This document shows positions 12,938 through 23,557 of a DNA stretch of 64,000 bases, in pieces. A program made the position numbers and the translations under genes. Below the pieces are notes generated by a model that saw nothing but the letters and a program-made list of their open reading frames with translations, ran no database searches and was not told the DNA's origin. Source of the DNA: Podarcis filfolensis (lineage: Eukaryota); assembly GCA_964270895.1 (NCBI GenBank), contig OZ185436.1, one strand, 5' to 3'. Numbering within the stretch: the stretch's first letter is position 1; every line of letters starts with the position of its first letter.

Positions 12938-13662
12938 TATCTGCTATTCCCCAGTACTCTAGGAAAGCTAGAACACTAAGACAGGTTCATGCATGACCCA
13001 CTTGAATCCAACACCCTCTGTGGTAAGTCCTCAAGTTCCCCCATTGGGGACAAAAGTGAGCTTTATCCCAAATCCCGGGTGGGACTGACTTTCATTGTTT
13101 TATTTCTATGCATTCCGTATTATATTATGTTGTTAGCCACCTGGGGCTCAAGGAAAGGTGTGATAGAAATGTTTGAGATAAATAGGAGCTATCCTAAGGG
13201 GCATGGCTGAGCCAAGCGAAAACAACGTCCAGAACACAGACAAATTTTAAGCATCACAATATTTACTCCCTCGCAATATAAATTTCTATCACACGTGGGT
13301 ACATTCAAATGGGCACGGTCACCATGTAAAACCAACATTGTTTTTAAAGAAACTGTGACAACTTTAGCATTAGTGTGACACAGGCTTAAAACTCATATAA
13401 TAAATGCTTGCGAGTCTACAAAAAAAACCAAACCTATGCACAAATGCAATTGTTATTATCTGGCTTCTAAGCTCAGTGTGGTGTAAAACGTTATATTAAA
13501 AATTTAGAGAATGTGACCAAATTAAAGAGAATGTTCACAGAATGAAACATACAGCACATAAGGAGATATGCTCTTGTACATCAATATAGCAAAGCTCTAA
13601 TCGAGGTTCCACAAGCTGAAGGCCAGTACCCTGAAGCCCCAAGGAATTGCACCAATACTTGC

Positions 13663-13770
13663 CCACCATGTTCACAGAAAGAATGTATACATTCTCTGCT
13701 CGTTTTATCCCAAAGTTTGACAGTTTTGTCATCACTGGATGATACTATCAATCTTCCATCAGGAGAAAAC
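13663..13770 (-). CDS. POC1A: POC1A exon 5 (108 nt; [35 protein letters not shown])
   Basis: tttattttag acceptor; donor is GG|GCAAGT (GC-AG intron); phase 2 fits exon 6. Confidence 0.95.
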
Positions 13771-14409
13771 CTAAAATAAATACATTCATTAAAGAAAGAT
13801 TAGGAGCAACATAAGCTAGATCTGGATTTTCCTCAGTGACAACAAGATCATTATTTCAAAAGTCAATGGCTAAGAGACACTTGTGCTAAGCAAAGAGGGT
13901 GTTATTTAACTAAGTTTTACTCAAAATAGACTTACCTTTGTCATATTTACTCTGAGTTAAAACGTAGTTGAATACCACCCATAGGCCTTTTTCGAGGACT
14001 CTTCTGATTGTAATTTGTTTTAATCAATTGTAATGTTTACCTATAGTGGTAAGTTGCCCTGGGACTGTAAAATGATGGGCAGGTAAGAAATTCAATAAAT
14101 AATAAATACTGCTATTGATTAACTCTTGGGAGTTTCCTCTTTGACAATCTATCTCAACAAGATTCCGTCAACTATTAGTCAGAACAATGGACTTTTCCAT
14201 ACATGGACAATCCTTTTGAGATATTATGGTAACCAATAAAAACCATAGCATTATAATGCAAGCTTTTCTATTAAACAATCCTATTGGACCAGTAATTAAT
14301 GAAATACTGTATTAATGAAATACTGTACAGGTAAGTCTTATTTTTCCTTACAATTATTTCCCCTTTCCCCCTCTTTTTCTTATCTAAAATTTAAGCCTCT
14401 TTGGAAGGC

Positions 14410-14815
14410 TTAATTATTAGAAACCATTTTAAAGAACAGTGATCATAGTCAGTAGACTTATTGAAAACACGTGGAGAAACTGATGGGGAAGATCAGAAAC
14501 CAAGAAGACCAAGTATTTGTTAGAGATTGGAGTAAATCCGTAGTTTATCTAAAAAACCACAGTAAGCAGTTAAAATCATTGGTAGCGTTGTAATGAAATT
14601 TGTAACGTGAAACTGATTATGATAAACTAGGGATACACAATTGTTGGAAAAATTACAATACGCAAGAATTTATTTTTTTTAATTTAAGAACCCATGGGAG
14701 GAAGGGGAGGAAATCGGAAGGTTCATGCAACCTTGTAATTGGATATATGTGAGAGATAATACAGTATGTATAAAACTGTGAAAAAATAATAAAAAATTAT
14801 TACAAAAAAAGAAAG
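14410..14815 (+). mobile_element. L1 3' end fragment
   Basis: Remnant ORF2 C-terminus KLMGKIRNQEDQVFVRDWSKSVVYLKNH, then AATAAA and an A-rich tail. Confidence 0.65.
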
Positions 14816-15152
14816 AAACCAAAGCACTTATTGAAATCTATGGATTTCAGAAAGTGCACTCAGTAGGATGACTTAGATAATGCTGCTTGGTTATATCCAA
14901 CTGACTGCTTCTTCTAACAATGATAGTTCCCTTCCAACAAGACAGGAAACACAACTGAAGCTCTAAAAGGTGGCTAACTCCTAAAGTATATTGATAGCCA
15001 GGTTAAAAGATGAGTGGGTTTATAAGTGAGTTAAGCAGAATTTCAGATCTTCCTACAGTTGTGTACTTTTGCTATACAAACTGGTTTTATGCCATATATA
15101 TATCCCTGCAACAATGTCAACAACAAAAAGGGGGGGGGAGAGTTTTACTTAC

Positions 15153-15332
15153 TTCGCACAGCGAACCCAGTTTATGTGCTGACTTAGTGAAAATAAGAAT
15201 TTTTGTCTGTGGACAGCCCAAACTTTAACTGTTTTGTCATCAGAGGCTGTAACCAATGATTGGCCATCATTAGAAAAGTGAACACTTCTGACGGTTCCTG
15301 TATGAGCCTTGAAGGTAGTCGATTCTCCCTTG
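15153..15332 (-). CDS. POC1A: POC1A exon 4 (180 nt; [17 protein letters not shown]...[10 protein letters not shown])
   Basis: AG/GTAAGT boundaries, phase 2/2; near-identical to vertebrate POC1A. Confidence 0.97.
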
Positions 15333-16448
15333 CTAAGTTTAGGGGGGAAAGCACAAAAGATTAACATACTGCATTCCACACAGTATGAAGCTTATGCACA
15401 TTTGCCTACTGGCTTCTAATATATATATTTACATTAGGAGAAAGCTGTTGGTTTAGGCCTCTGGAGCATACCAAACACAGGAAGAAAACTGTTTTACTTA
15501 TATCTAGTTACTGGAATGGCTCCTAAAAGCAGACAGCCTGCGTTTGTATCTTTTACGCAGAACTCCAAAAAAAAAAAAAGTTTAAAGTAGTAAACGTCAA
15601 ACAGACTCGTTCCAATGATGCAATTTAAAGAAAAATAATGTAAGAACGTCACATCATAGGTCTTGCTGCAAAAAGGAGAAAGACATCTAAACATGAGGGG
15701 CATACTATGAGTTTGAGAAACTTTTCAAGAGTAATTCACATTTAATTATACACATACATCATTCCGCCCTGAACTTTTTTGCACAAATAAGTGACGAGCT
15801 ACAAGCATATTTGTGTATTCTTGTATATGATTCTACTGCTTACATGAAAGTACAGAACATCAAGCTAGGAAAGGTCAGAGCCAGGGTTTTGTTGTTGTTT
15901 TTTTAAAAAAAGAAGGTATTGAGGTCCCTCTTCTAAATATATTTCATAAAATTTATACACCACTTGATTGTAAAAAAACCTGAAATGTGTGTGAAACATA
16001 GGAACTGCCTTGTAGCAAGTCCATCCATCTGGCTCAATATTGTCTGCAATGACTGGCAGTGGCTCTCCAGGACTGCAAATACAAATATGCCCAGCTCTAC
16101 CTAGAAATGCAAGGATTTGAACTCAGGACCTCCTGTATGCAAGCTCTTCCACTGAGCTACAGTCCTTCCCCAAAGCTCTGCCAATTGACACTTATTTTCT
16201 TATCAGATAGTATGTGGCTACTTTTTAAAAACTGGAGTGAAAAGCTCTTTGCCATAGTTACATACACGGAACAAGCATAAAAAACTTCTAATTCAGCATG
16301 TTTCCAAAAAATGGAATACCACAGAAGGAACATTTACAATATAGTTAACCTTTCCTCAAGGAAAGTGTATGCAGAGGCAGATGAAGCAGTAGCTTTTTCT
16401 TGTTGAAGCAATATGCTGATCGTCAACTCATTTTTAACAGGGACCATA

Positions 16449-16698
16449 CAGCCATACCTCGGAAGTCAAACGCAATCCGTTCTGGAAGTCCGTTCGATTT
16501 TCAAAACATTCAGAAACCAAGGCACGGCTTCCGATTGGGTGCAGGAAGCTCCTGCAGCCAATCAGAAGCTGCGGAAGCCCCGTCGGACATTCAGGTTCCA
16601 AAGAACGTTTCCAAACCGGAACACTCACTTCTGGGTTTGCGGTGTTCAGGAGCCAAAACGTTTGACTCGCAAGGCGTTCAAAAACCAAGGTATGGCTG
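16449..16698. mobile_element. Tc1/mariner (Tigger-like) MITE
   Basis: Perfect 11-bp TIR CAGCCATACCT / AGGTATGGCTG with TA duplication. Confidence 0.88.
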
Positions 16699-16989
16699 TA
16701 TTTGGAATCAATCTACAACTAGAGGTCAGTAATGTGAGTTCCGTCCAATAAGTGTACCCACATGAGCTGACACACAAAGGGCTTCTTAACCTTGTCTTTA
16801 GTGTGAACAGCAACAGTGTCTTTGCCATTGTTCTTCCCTTATATACACCTGTTTTACAGTGAAAGTCGATGCACTTTATCCAGAAAAATAATGTCCGCCT
16901 TCATCGTTAATAAGCTGTCATATTCACCGTAACTGAACTTGGTTAAAACAAAAAGCCAAATTCAAATCTTGGAAGACTTTGGAGAGAGC

Positions 16990-17185
16990 GGCTGTAACTC
17001 AGTGGCAGAACTCAGGCTTCACCTACTTTAGATCCCAGATTCAATCCCTGACGAGGATCCCCACGCAAGGATAGAAATAATATCCTGCTCTGAAATGCTG
17101 GAGAACCACTGACAGTCAGTGCAATGCTGAGTAAGATCAGCAAATGGTCTGGCTCTGTACAAGCAGCTTCCTGTGTTCCTAATAA
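16990..17185 (+). mobile_element. Older tRNA-derived SINE (Squam2-like); also ~15995-16170(-), 23875-24030, 24790-24930
   Basis: GGCTGTAACTCAGTGG head...CCACTGACAGTCAGTG...GCAGCTTCCTGTGTTCCTA tail recurring in the window. Confidence 0.65.
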
Positions 17186-17229
17186 GAGAAATAACACACA
17201 TACAAAGTGCTCAGATAGCATATACTTAC

Positions 17230-17401
17230 ACACTTGGAACCCACAAGCGAACTGTTTTGTCTCTAGAACCTGAAGCAATCAGATGGCCGGATGGTGAAAA
17301 ATGCACACTCAGGACTGCATCTTTGTGACCCACAAAGCGGTAGGCTCTCACTTGCGGTTTCATACTCCAGATCATCAGGCATGAATCCATAGAGCCACTT
17401 A
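17230..17401 (-). CDS. POC1A: POC1A exon 3 (172 nt; [11 protein letters not shown]...[15 protein letters not shown])
   Basis: tttttgtcag acceptor, GTAAGT donor, phases 1/2 consistent with neighbours; WD40 motifs. Confidence 0.97.
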
Positions 17402-17524
17402 CTGACAAAAAGAATATACTACCTTTCAAAATTATACTCAAAGGAGAGATCATATACATACACACCTGTCAGGAATTTCAGTCACTAGTTTCAATTTCTC
17501 TCTTCCTTTCCTTGAATGAAAGTA

Positions 17525-17751
17525 CAGTGGTACCTTGTTTTCAGTCTGGGATCTGTTCCGGAGCCCTGGAAGCTCAGCGAAAGGGACGCTCGACAAAGCG
17601 CCACTCTGCGCACACACGCAGAGCGGTTTGCGCTTCTGCACATGTGCGAGTGGCAAACCCAGAAGTAACCTGTTCCGGTACTTCCGGGTTTGCCGCAGAC
17701 GTTCGCCGAAATGGACGCTCGACGGGGCGGACATTCGCGGAGGTATTACTG
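17525..17751. mobile_element. Tc1/mariner (Tigger-like) MITE, second family
   Basis: TA-CAGTGGTACCT...AGGTATTACTG-TA. Confidence 0.8.
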
Positions 17752-18343
17752 TATTCACTAATCACAGAACTGAAAGCAAGCACACAAGCTTTCCAGTTCA
17801 TCCCCGTAATTGAGAGAAATACTTCTTGAAGTATATGCAGTCTCACCTTAAAAACAGGCAAGGAAGGAAACCAAAGAATTACAAGCAACCATTTAGAAAA
17901 TTTAGTACAAATGTCCTTTATTATCACATCATTTTAGCTGCCTCCACCAAGCTATTTGTTTTCAAATATTTATATACTATCCAACAAAAAAGTTCAAGGG
18001 GAATTTCAACTAAAAAAGATTATAATACATAAATATATGTGATGTTTTAAAAAATAATAATCAAAAACCAAATAAAACTTAACAGATCTGCATGGTTGAA
18101 CCAGCCTTTCATGTTATGACTCAGTTGCTCTGCTGTAAAATCTTGGGTTTGTTGCTACTTTTCTTAATATCTGATAGCTAAAACCAAGGAGAGTACTTTA
18201 GCCAAGGCCCAATCCCACGCTGGATACTCTGTATGCTGTTAAGTCCAAACAGTTTGGGAGAACTGCTAAAAGCAGACTGAATGCTATTTTGTTCTATGAA
18301 AGAAAACTATACTAAAGAAAATTCTGCTTAGCTGACAACTTAC

Positions 18344-18428
18344 CTAGCTGTTTATTATTTAGACTGAAATCCACACTCGTTACAGCATCACGGTGCCCTT
18401 TGAAATGCCTCTCCAATGTTGGATCTTC
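18344..18428 (-). CDS. POC1A: POC1A exon 2 (85 nt; [28 protein letters not shown])
   Basis: ttctttctgcag acceptor, GTAAGT donor; peptide matches POC1A WD40 repeat 1. Confidence 0.97.
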
Positions 18429-20129
18429 CTGCAGAAAGAAAGAAGTTGATATTGGACTAAATTTTTGTACGGCTACAGACAGTATTTCTGAAGCAAGAAG
18501 CACACTTTATATGTTTCTGGATGCTGCACATCTGCCATAGCAGGCATCGTTTTTATTGTGATTTCTTACTGGTTTAACAGTTTCATTTTCTAATTTGCTC
18601 AGTCTAGTTTCAGACTGATAGCACAGCCTTTTACCGTGACTCACCTGCTTGGAACAGGCAACAAGGAGTTCCAAGCAGCTCAGGATCCATGCGAGCAGAG
18701 AAGGGACAGACCACTCAGTTCCTCATCGGCCAGCCCACTGCATTTCCGCAATGGCCATAGGGGAAGGCAAGTCCTGTCCTCCACAGCCAGTGCAGAAACC
18801 AAGTGGGCTGGAACTGGAAGGCAGACAAGGGTTGGCGAGATCCATCTGTTCTCCACTGGTTCACTTGGTAGAAGCCAAGTAAGATAATCCTTTAGGTCAG
18901 TGGTTCTCCAAGGGTGTGGCAGGAGAAGATGGCAAGTGTGGCAGAAAGATTCAATGACAATCAAAAAACAATTTAACATTTCAGTGTAGCATAGTGTAGT
19001 ATATTACCAAAATATTTCTTTTTTAAAAATTTAAAAACATTTATTCAAATGTTACAATACATTTTCAATCAATTTATTTCTTTTATTTGCATAATATGGA
19101 TAGATATCTTTTCAAAATGAGAGCAGGAGTGCCAAGTGATACTGAGGACAAAATCCTAGTTGTGATCCAGAATCGCTGTGCAAAACATCATACTTTCTGG
19201 ATGTCCAATGGTTTTATTATAAAGTAATTGTGTTCTATGTTATAAATCAAGCACTGCTAGTTGTTGTTTCTTTTTGTTTTCCAATGCATTTCTTATCAGT
19301 AAAAAAGTTAACAACTACAAAACACACAAAGGCAAGGAGAGTAGAGCATAAGGGCAGAATTCATACGGATATTTTTTTATTTCACAAAAATGCTGGAGCC
19401 ATGTTCTTAAATGTAAGCATTTAAATACTGTACCATTCTGCATACTCTGTGGGAAGTGCAGTAGTGGCAGAGACAAATGCCAAGCACCAGACTCACAAAT
19501 GCATATTCTGTACACTGAGCTTTGCAGTATACCTCTCTTCCTGGGATTCTTTTCTTCAGAATCCAGTTTAGGATGCACAAGGCCATTTTAAGCTACAGAG
19601 CTCTGCCCAAGGATTATACTTTAATACTCTGATTAGATACTCTCAACATTCAACACACAAATACTTCTTTGGAAGGATCAGTGCAGGGCTGTATATTAAA
19701 CTATAATTCCAAAGAAGCAGTGTTCAGAATTCAGCTTCCTAATAAAGTGTGTACTCATTTTTTTAAAAGTTTCTATCCCTTGTGACTGTGAAGATATACC
19801 ATATTTGTCTGTGTGTTATCAATTCCTGCTAAAACTGCAGAAGCCAGGTTTCTTGCATTTGTTTAGCAGTTTCAAATTGCAAATTGGTTTAATTTGAATA
19901 CTCCAGCTCATCCTGTTACATAAACTGGATGTTCTTGTGTAAAATTTTATTTTACTAAACACCATACACATAGACCTGGGATAATTTTGGGGAAGAAAGC
20001 TATCCAAAATGGATTTTAATATAAAAAAGGAAGATGAAATAGCCTTTAGCCTACAAAAGCCAATACCATCTATTGAGTTTGTTAGTCCTTAAGGTGCCCA
20101 TGACAACAGTTTGATCCTGCTGAATCAGA

Positions 20130-20400
20130 CCAAATGGTATCTGGGTCAGACCAAACTTCTAGTCCAGTATCCTGTTCTCACACTGGCCAACCAGATGACT
20201 ATGGGGAGCCCACAAACAGGACATGAGTGCAACTGCACCTCTTTGATCATGATCCCCAGCAGCTGGTATTCAAAGGCATACTGCACTGCCTCTGAAACAG
20301 ACATCATGGCAAGTAGCCACTGAGATAGCCTTATCCTCCATAAATTTGTCTAATCCTCTTTTAAAGGCATCAAGTTGTGGCCATCACTAAATCTTGTGAT
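20130..20400 (-). mobile_element. CR1 LINE 3' fragment; others ~49120-49255(+), 52230-52395(+)
   Basis: TAGTCCAGTATCCTGTTCTCACA...CCCAGCAGCTGGTATTCAAAGGCAT...TTGTCTAATCC recurring in inverted form. Confidence 0.6.
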
Positions 20401-21752
20401 AACTTTTTATAGAACAGTTCTAAGAATTACAGTTTATATAACGTGATCACTGATATACAGTGTGCATGCAACACCCAATCACATTCATGCATATTTTCAG
20501 CCACAGGTGTACACACCTGTCTCTTTAAAATGTATTGTGAGTAGCAGCTATTACATCACAATCCTAAGTATATTTCCTTGGAAACTCTCCTAGAATCAAC
20601 GGAGACTTAGGGAGCTTCCAGGTCATCGCTATTTGGAGTGGGACTCAAATCCAGCAACAGGCAAATTGAGGGTCATTTGGAGCTCTCATGCAACAAACCC
20701 ACTTTCTCCCCACAAACCAGACTTTTTTTTGCTGTAAGGAAATTGACAGGAAAGTCACTGGAAAGTTTCGAAGTCATTTGCTTGATGCAGTGCTGTCTAA
20801 CACCCACAAACACAAATCTGAACGAATGCTTGTTAAATAACCTTCCTGCAAACTTTGTGCAAACAAATAAGAATGAATACCTAAAAGCAACATTACTTCT
20901 AAGCAGTGGTTTTTCCCCTTAGAAAAAACAACCATGAAGTTGTTACAGTGCTACACTTTTCAACAACAAAAAGAGGTGCCAATACTGCATACTCCTGAGT
21001 ACCCCCTGAAAAAGCACTGCTTCTAAGTAACAATAAGGGGTTTGTGGTATTTGATCTAAAAACGTTTTTAGGTTTTTTTACAGCACCACTAAAATGATAT
21101 AAAAACTGCAATGCTCCAGAATGCCTATCTCTACACGTTGTTTTTCAGGTAGTTCCTGCAAGTCAGGCCAAACAACCCTGACAAAACCCACTCAGGAGAC
21201 CAATGTGAAAAACAATACAACCTAAAATTGCAAAGAAGCAAAAATGGGCAGGGTTAGCCTTAGGAAGTGATCAGAATTATCCCAAATCTGACAAACTGTG
21301 TCAACACATCAGGACCCATAGCCTTCCCCAACCCCACCCCCGGTGTCTTTATTCATTACAATGATGTGTGGCAGGCATTCATGTGACGCTTTTCCCAGCA
21401 GAGCGATTCTGCAAAGCCGAAATGGTCCCTGACTTACTCTCTTGTAGCTGTTATTTAACGGGGCGGGAGGAGACGGGCGGCAGGACTTCCTAGACCCAGA
21501 AGGGCAAACAGCTCTTCCTGCACCAAGCACAATCCAACCGACTTCAAGCCCAAAGTGCCATTTTTAAGCGTGTTACAGGCAGGAGCGTTTAACACTGCGC
21601 CCAAACCACGTACTTCGCTCTCAAACCCTATTTTCTCCGCCCGCCCCACTATATATTTATGAGAAGGAAATGTTACTAAACGTGTTTTGTTTTTGTTTTG
21701 AAAAAGCTTGCTGGCTCCTCTCTTTGTGACTTTTTAGACAGCCCCAATAGAG

Positions 21753-21962
21753 CCATGGTTCCCCACAGGGGAGCAATTGGATTTTTAAGGGGGGCAATTC
21801 GAGAATGAGTTATGAACAGTTAATGGCCTTTTAGGCTTCCTCCACGTGAATAGGAGTTCACTTTTTGAACACTGTAGTAAGAATTATATGTCGGGGGCGG
21901 GCGCTTTAGGATTTTAGAGATGCTTAGATGGGGCCTGGCCAAAAAAAGTTTGGGAACCACTG
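21753..21962. mobile_element. hAT-type MITE in POC1A intron 1
   Basis: Ends CCATGGTTCCC / GGGAACCACTG; perfect 8-bp TSD CAATAGAG. Confidence 0.8.
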
Positions 21963-21974
21963 CAATAGAGAAAC

Positions 21975-22470
21975 GTGTGGTGCTGGTCGCCGCGCGCCCC
22001 CCCCCCCCCGCCCACCGACCCCTTTTTGTCTGCTAACAGGGCGCTGCGGCTCTGCAAACTTGTGCCGACCCAGCAGCCGCGGTCTCCATCGCCCGCCCTG
22101 CTCCGAGGGGCCTCCCTCTTCCCGCCGCTTCGAAGCCCCGCTTGCCAGGCTGCCCGGCCCCGCTCCACCCCGGCCCCTTACCAAGCAGGCGAACGCCATG
22201 GCGCTGCGGAAGCCGGAGCCGGAGCGGAACCGACAGGCCGCCGCTGCTGTTCGCCGCCGGAGCGATTCAGTTTGCCCGCTCCTCGGGCCGCCTTAGTAAC
22301 GGCGTCGTGCGCTTAAAGGGGAGGCGGGGCAGCGAGCGGGGAAGTGTCCGCCGACTGGAAAGCGGCGTCCTTTGAATGGAGGAAGCGGCGCCTGGTTTTC
22401 AAATCGAAGGGGGCGGGGAGCTCACGCTGCGCGAGAGACGCTCTCGGCGCCAGATTGTAGCTTGCAGGGG
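21975..22470 (-). promoter_or_regulatory. POC1A: POC1A CpG-island promoter / 5' UTR
   Basis: Very CpG/GC-rich block around exon 1; GC boxes (GGCGGGG), TTTGAA hexamers at 22371 (+) and 22398 (-), X-box-like 14-mer at 22287. Confidence 0.85.
22182..22199 (-). CDS. POC1A: POC1A coding exon 1 (MAFACL)
   Basis: ATG in CpG island, 18 nt followed by GTAAGG donor; joins in phase 0 to EDPTLERHF. Same 18-nt coding size as I recall for human exon 1 (MAAPCA). Confidence 0.92.
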
Positions 22471-22504
22471 TCTCGAATGAATGGATGGATGGATGGGTGA
22501 ACTC

Positions 22505-23045
22505 AGGATGGAATAAGCCTCGTTGAGTTCAGTGGTGCAAAAGTTAAGAGTGTCTTACTCTTGCTTGGGAGATCAGGGTTCATAATCCCAACTCAGCCGT
22601 GAAGCTCGCTAGGTGACCTTGGCCCACGCACTCCCTGTCCGCCTTCACCTACAGTGCCGGATTTATGTACAGTATAAGCTAAACAAGTTATAGTTTAGGG
22701 CCCCACTCTCTTGGGGCCCCCAAAAAAATTAAAGGGAAAAAACCCCTGGGTGTACATTTCCAAAATATAAGATAAAAAATAAATAAAATAAAAACTACAT
22801 CCAGCAACAGTGGCAAATGGCTTTAGATACCTATTGCGTCCATAAATTGCCATATAGCATATATTCAACACAAAAGACAGCGACAATTTGTTGTTGACAA
22901 GGGACAGCTGGATGTATAAAGGGCCCCATTACCTTCAGTAGCTTAGGGCCTCATCAAACCTAAATCCGGCTCTGCTCACTTACCTCGCAAAGTTGTTGTG
23001 AAGATAAACACAGGTACTATGTGCTCCTCCTTGTGCTCCTAGAAG
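22505..23045 (+). mobile_element. Old Squam3/MIR-like SINE interrupted by a hAT MITE
   Basis: CCGTGAAGCTCGCTAGGTGACCTTGG...CCTCGCAAAGTTGTTGTGAAGATAAA on either side of the insert. Confidence 0.6.
22652..22974. mobile_element. hAT-type MITE
   Basis: TIRs CAGTGCCGGATTTA / TAAATCCGGCTCTG; 8-bp flanks TTCACCTA / CTCACTTA (6/8). Confidence 0.75.
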
Positions 23046-23169
23046 GATATAAATGCAATAAAGGAAGAAAATCTTACTCTGAGGAAAGTGGGTACAGGAT
23101 TACAGCCTAAGACTGGGGAGGGGGAGGAGTCAGGTTGGAAATGGCTAGATACTGAGGGCCCTACTATTT

Positions 23170-23557
23170 ATTTAATTGGTCCAGTATACCTGAAGGAGCG
23201 TCTCCACCCCCATTGTTCAGTCCAGACACTGAGGTCTAGCACCGAGGGCCTTCTGGCAGATCCCTCACTGCGAGAAGCCAAGTTACAGGGAACCAGGCAG
23301 AGGGCCTTCTCAGTAGTGGCACCCGCCTTGTGGAACGCCTCCCATCAGATGTCAAGGAAATAAACAACTACCTGACTTTTAGAAGACATCTGAAGGCAGC
23401 CCTGTTTAGGGAAGTTTTTGATGTTTGATGTTTTATTGCTTTTTTATTATTACTAATATTCTGCTGGGAGCTGCTCAGAGTGGCTGGGGAAACCCAGCCA
23501 GATGGGTGGGGTATAATTATTATTATTATTATTAATAATAATAATAATAATAATAAT
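23170..23557 (+). mobile_element. L2 3' end copy; same family at ~2520-2700(-), 33476-33710, 43540-43700, 54790-54895, 58470-58830, 50575-50930(-)
   Basis: Shared GGAACCAGGCAGAGGGCCTTCTC...GAAGGCAGCCCTGTTTAGGGAAG...CCCAGCCAGATGGGTGGGGTATAA plus ATT/AAT tails recurring in the window. Confidence 0.8.

Noticed and set aside
12612-17927. 95-117-aa ORFs at 12.6-12.9, 16.4-16.7 and 17.5-17.9 kb
   Set aside because: They coincide with TA-flanked non-autonomous MITEs and show no transposase motifs.
21914-22375. Several 77-122-aa ORFs around POC1A exon 1
   Set aside because: GC-rich island artefacts; only the 18 nt before the GTAAGG donor are coding.
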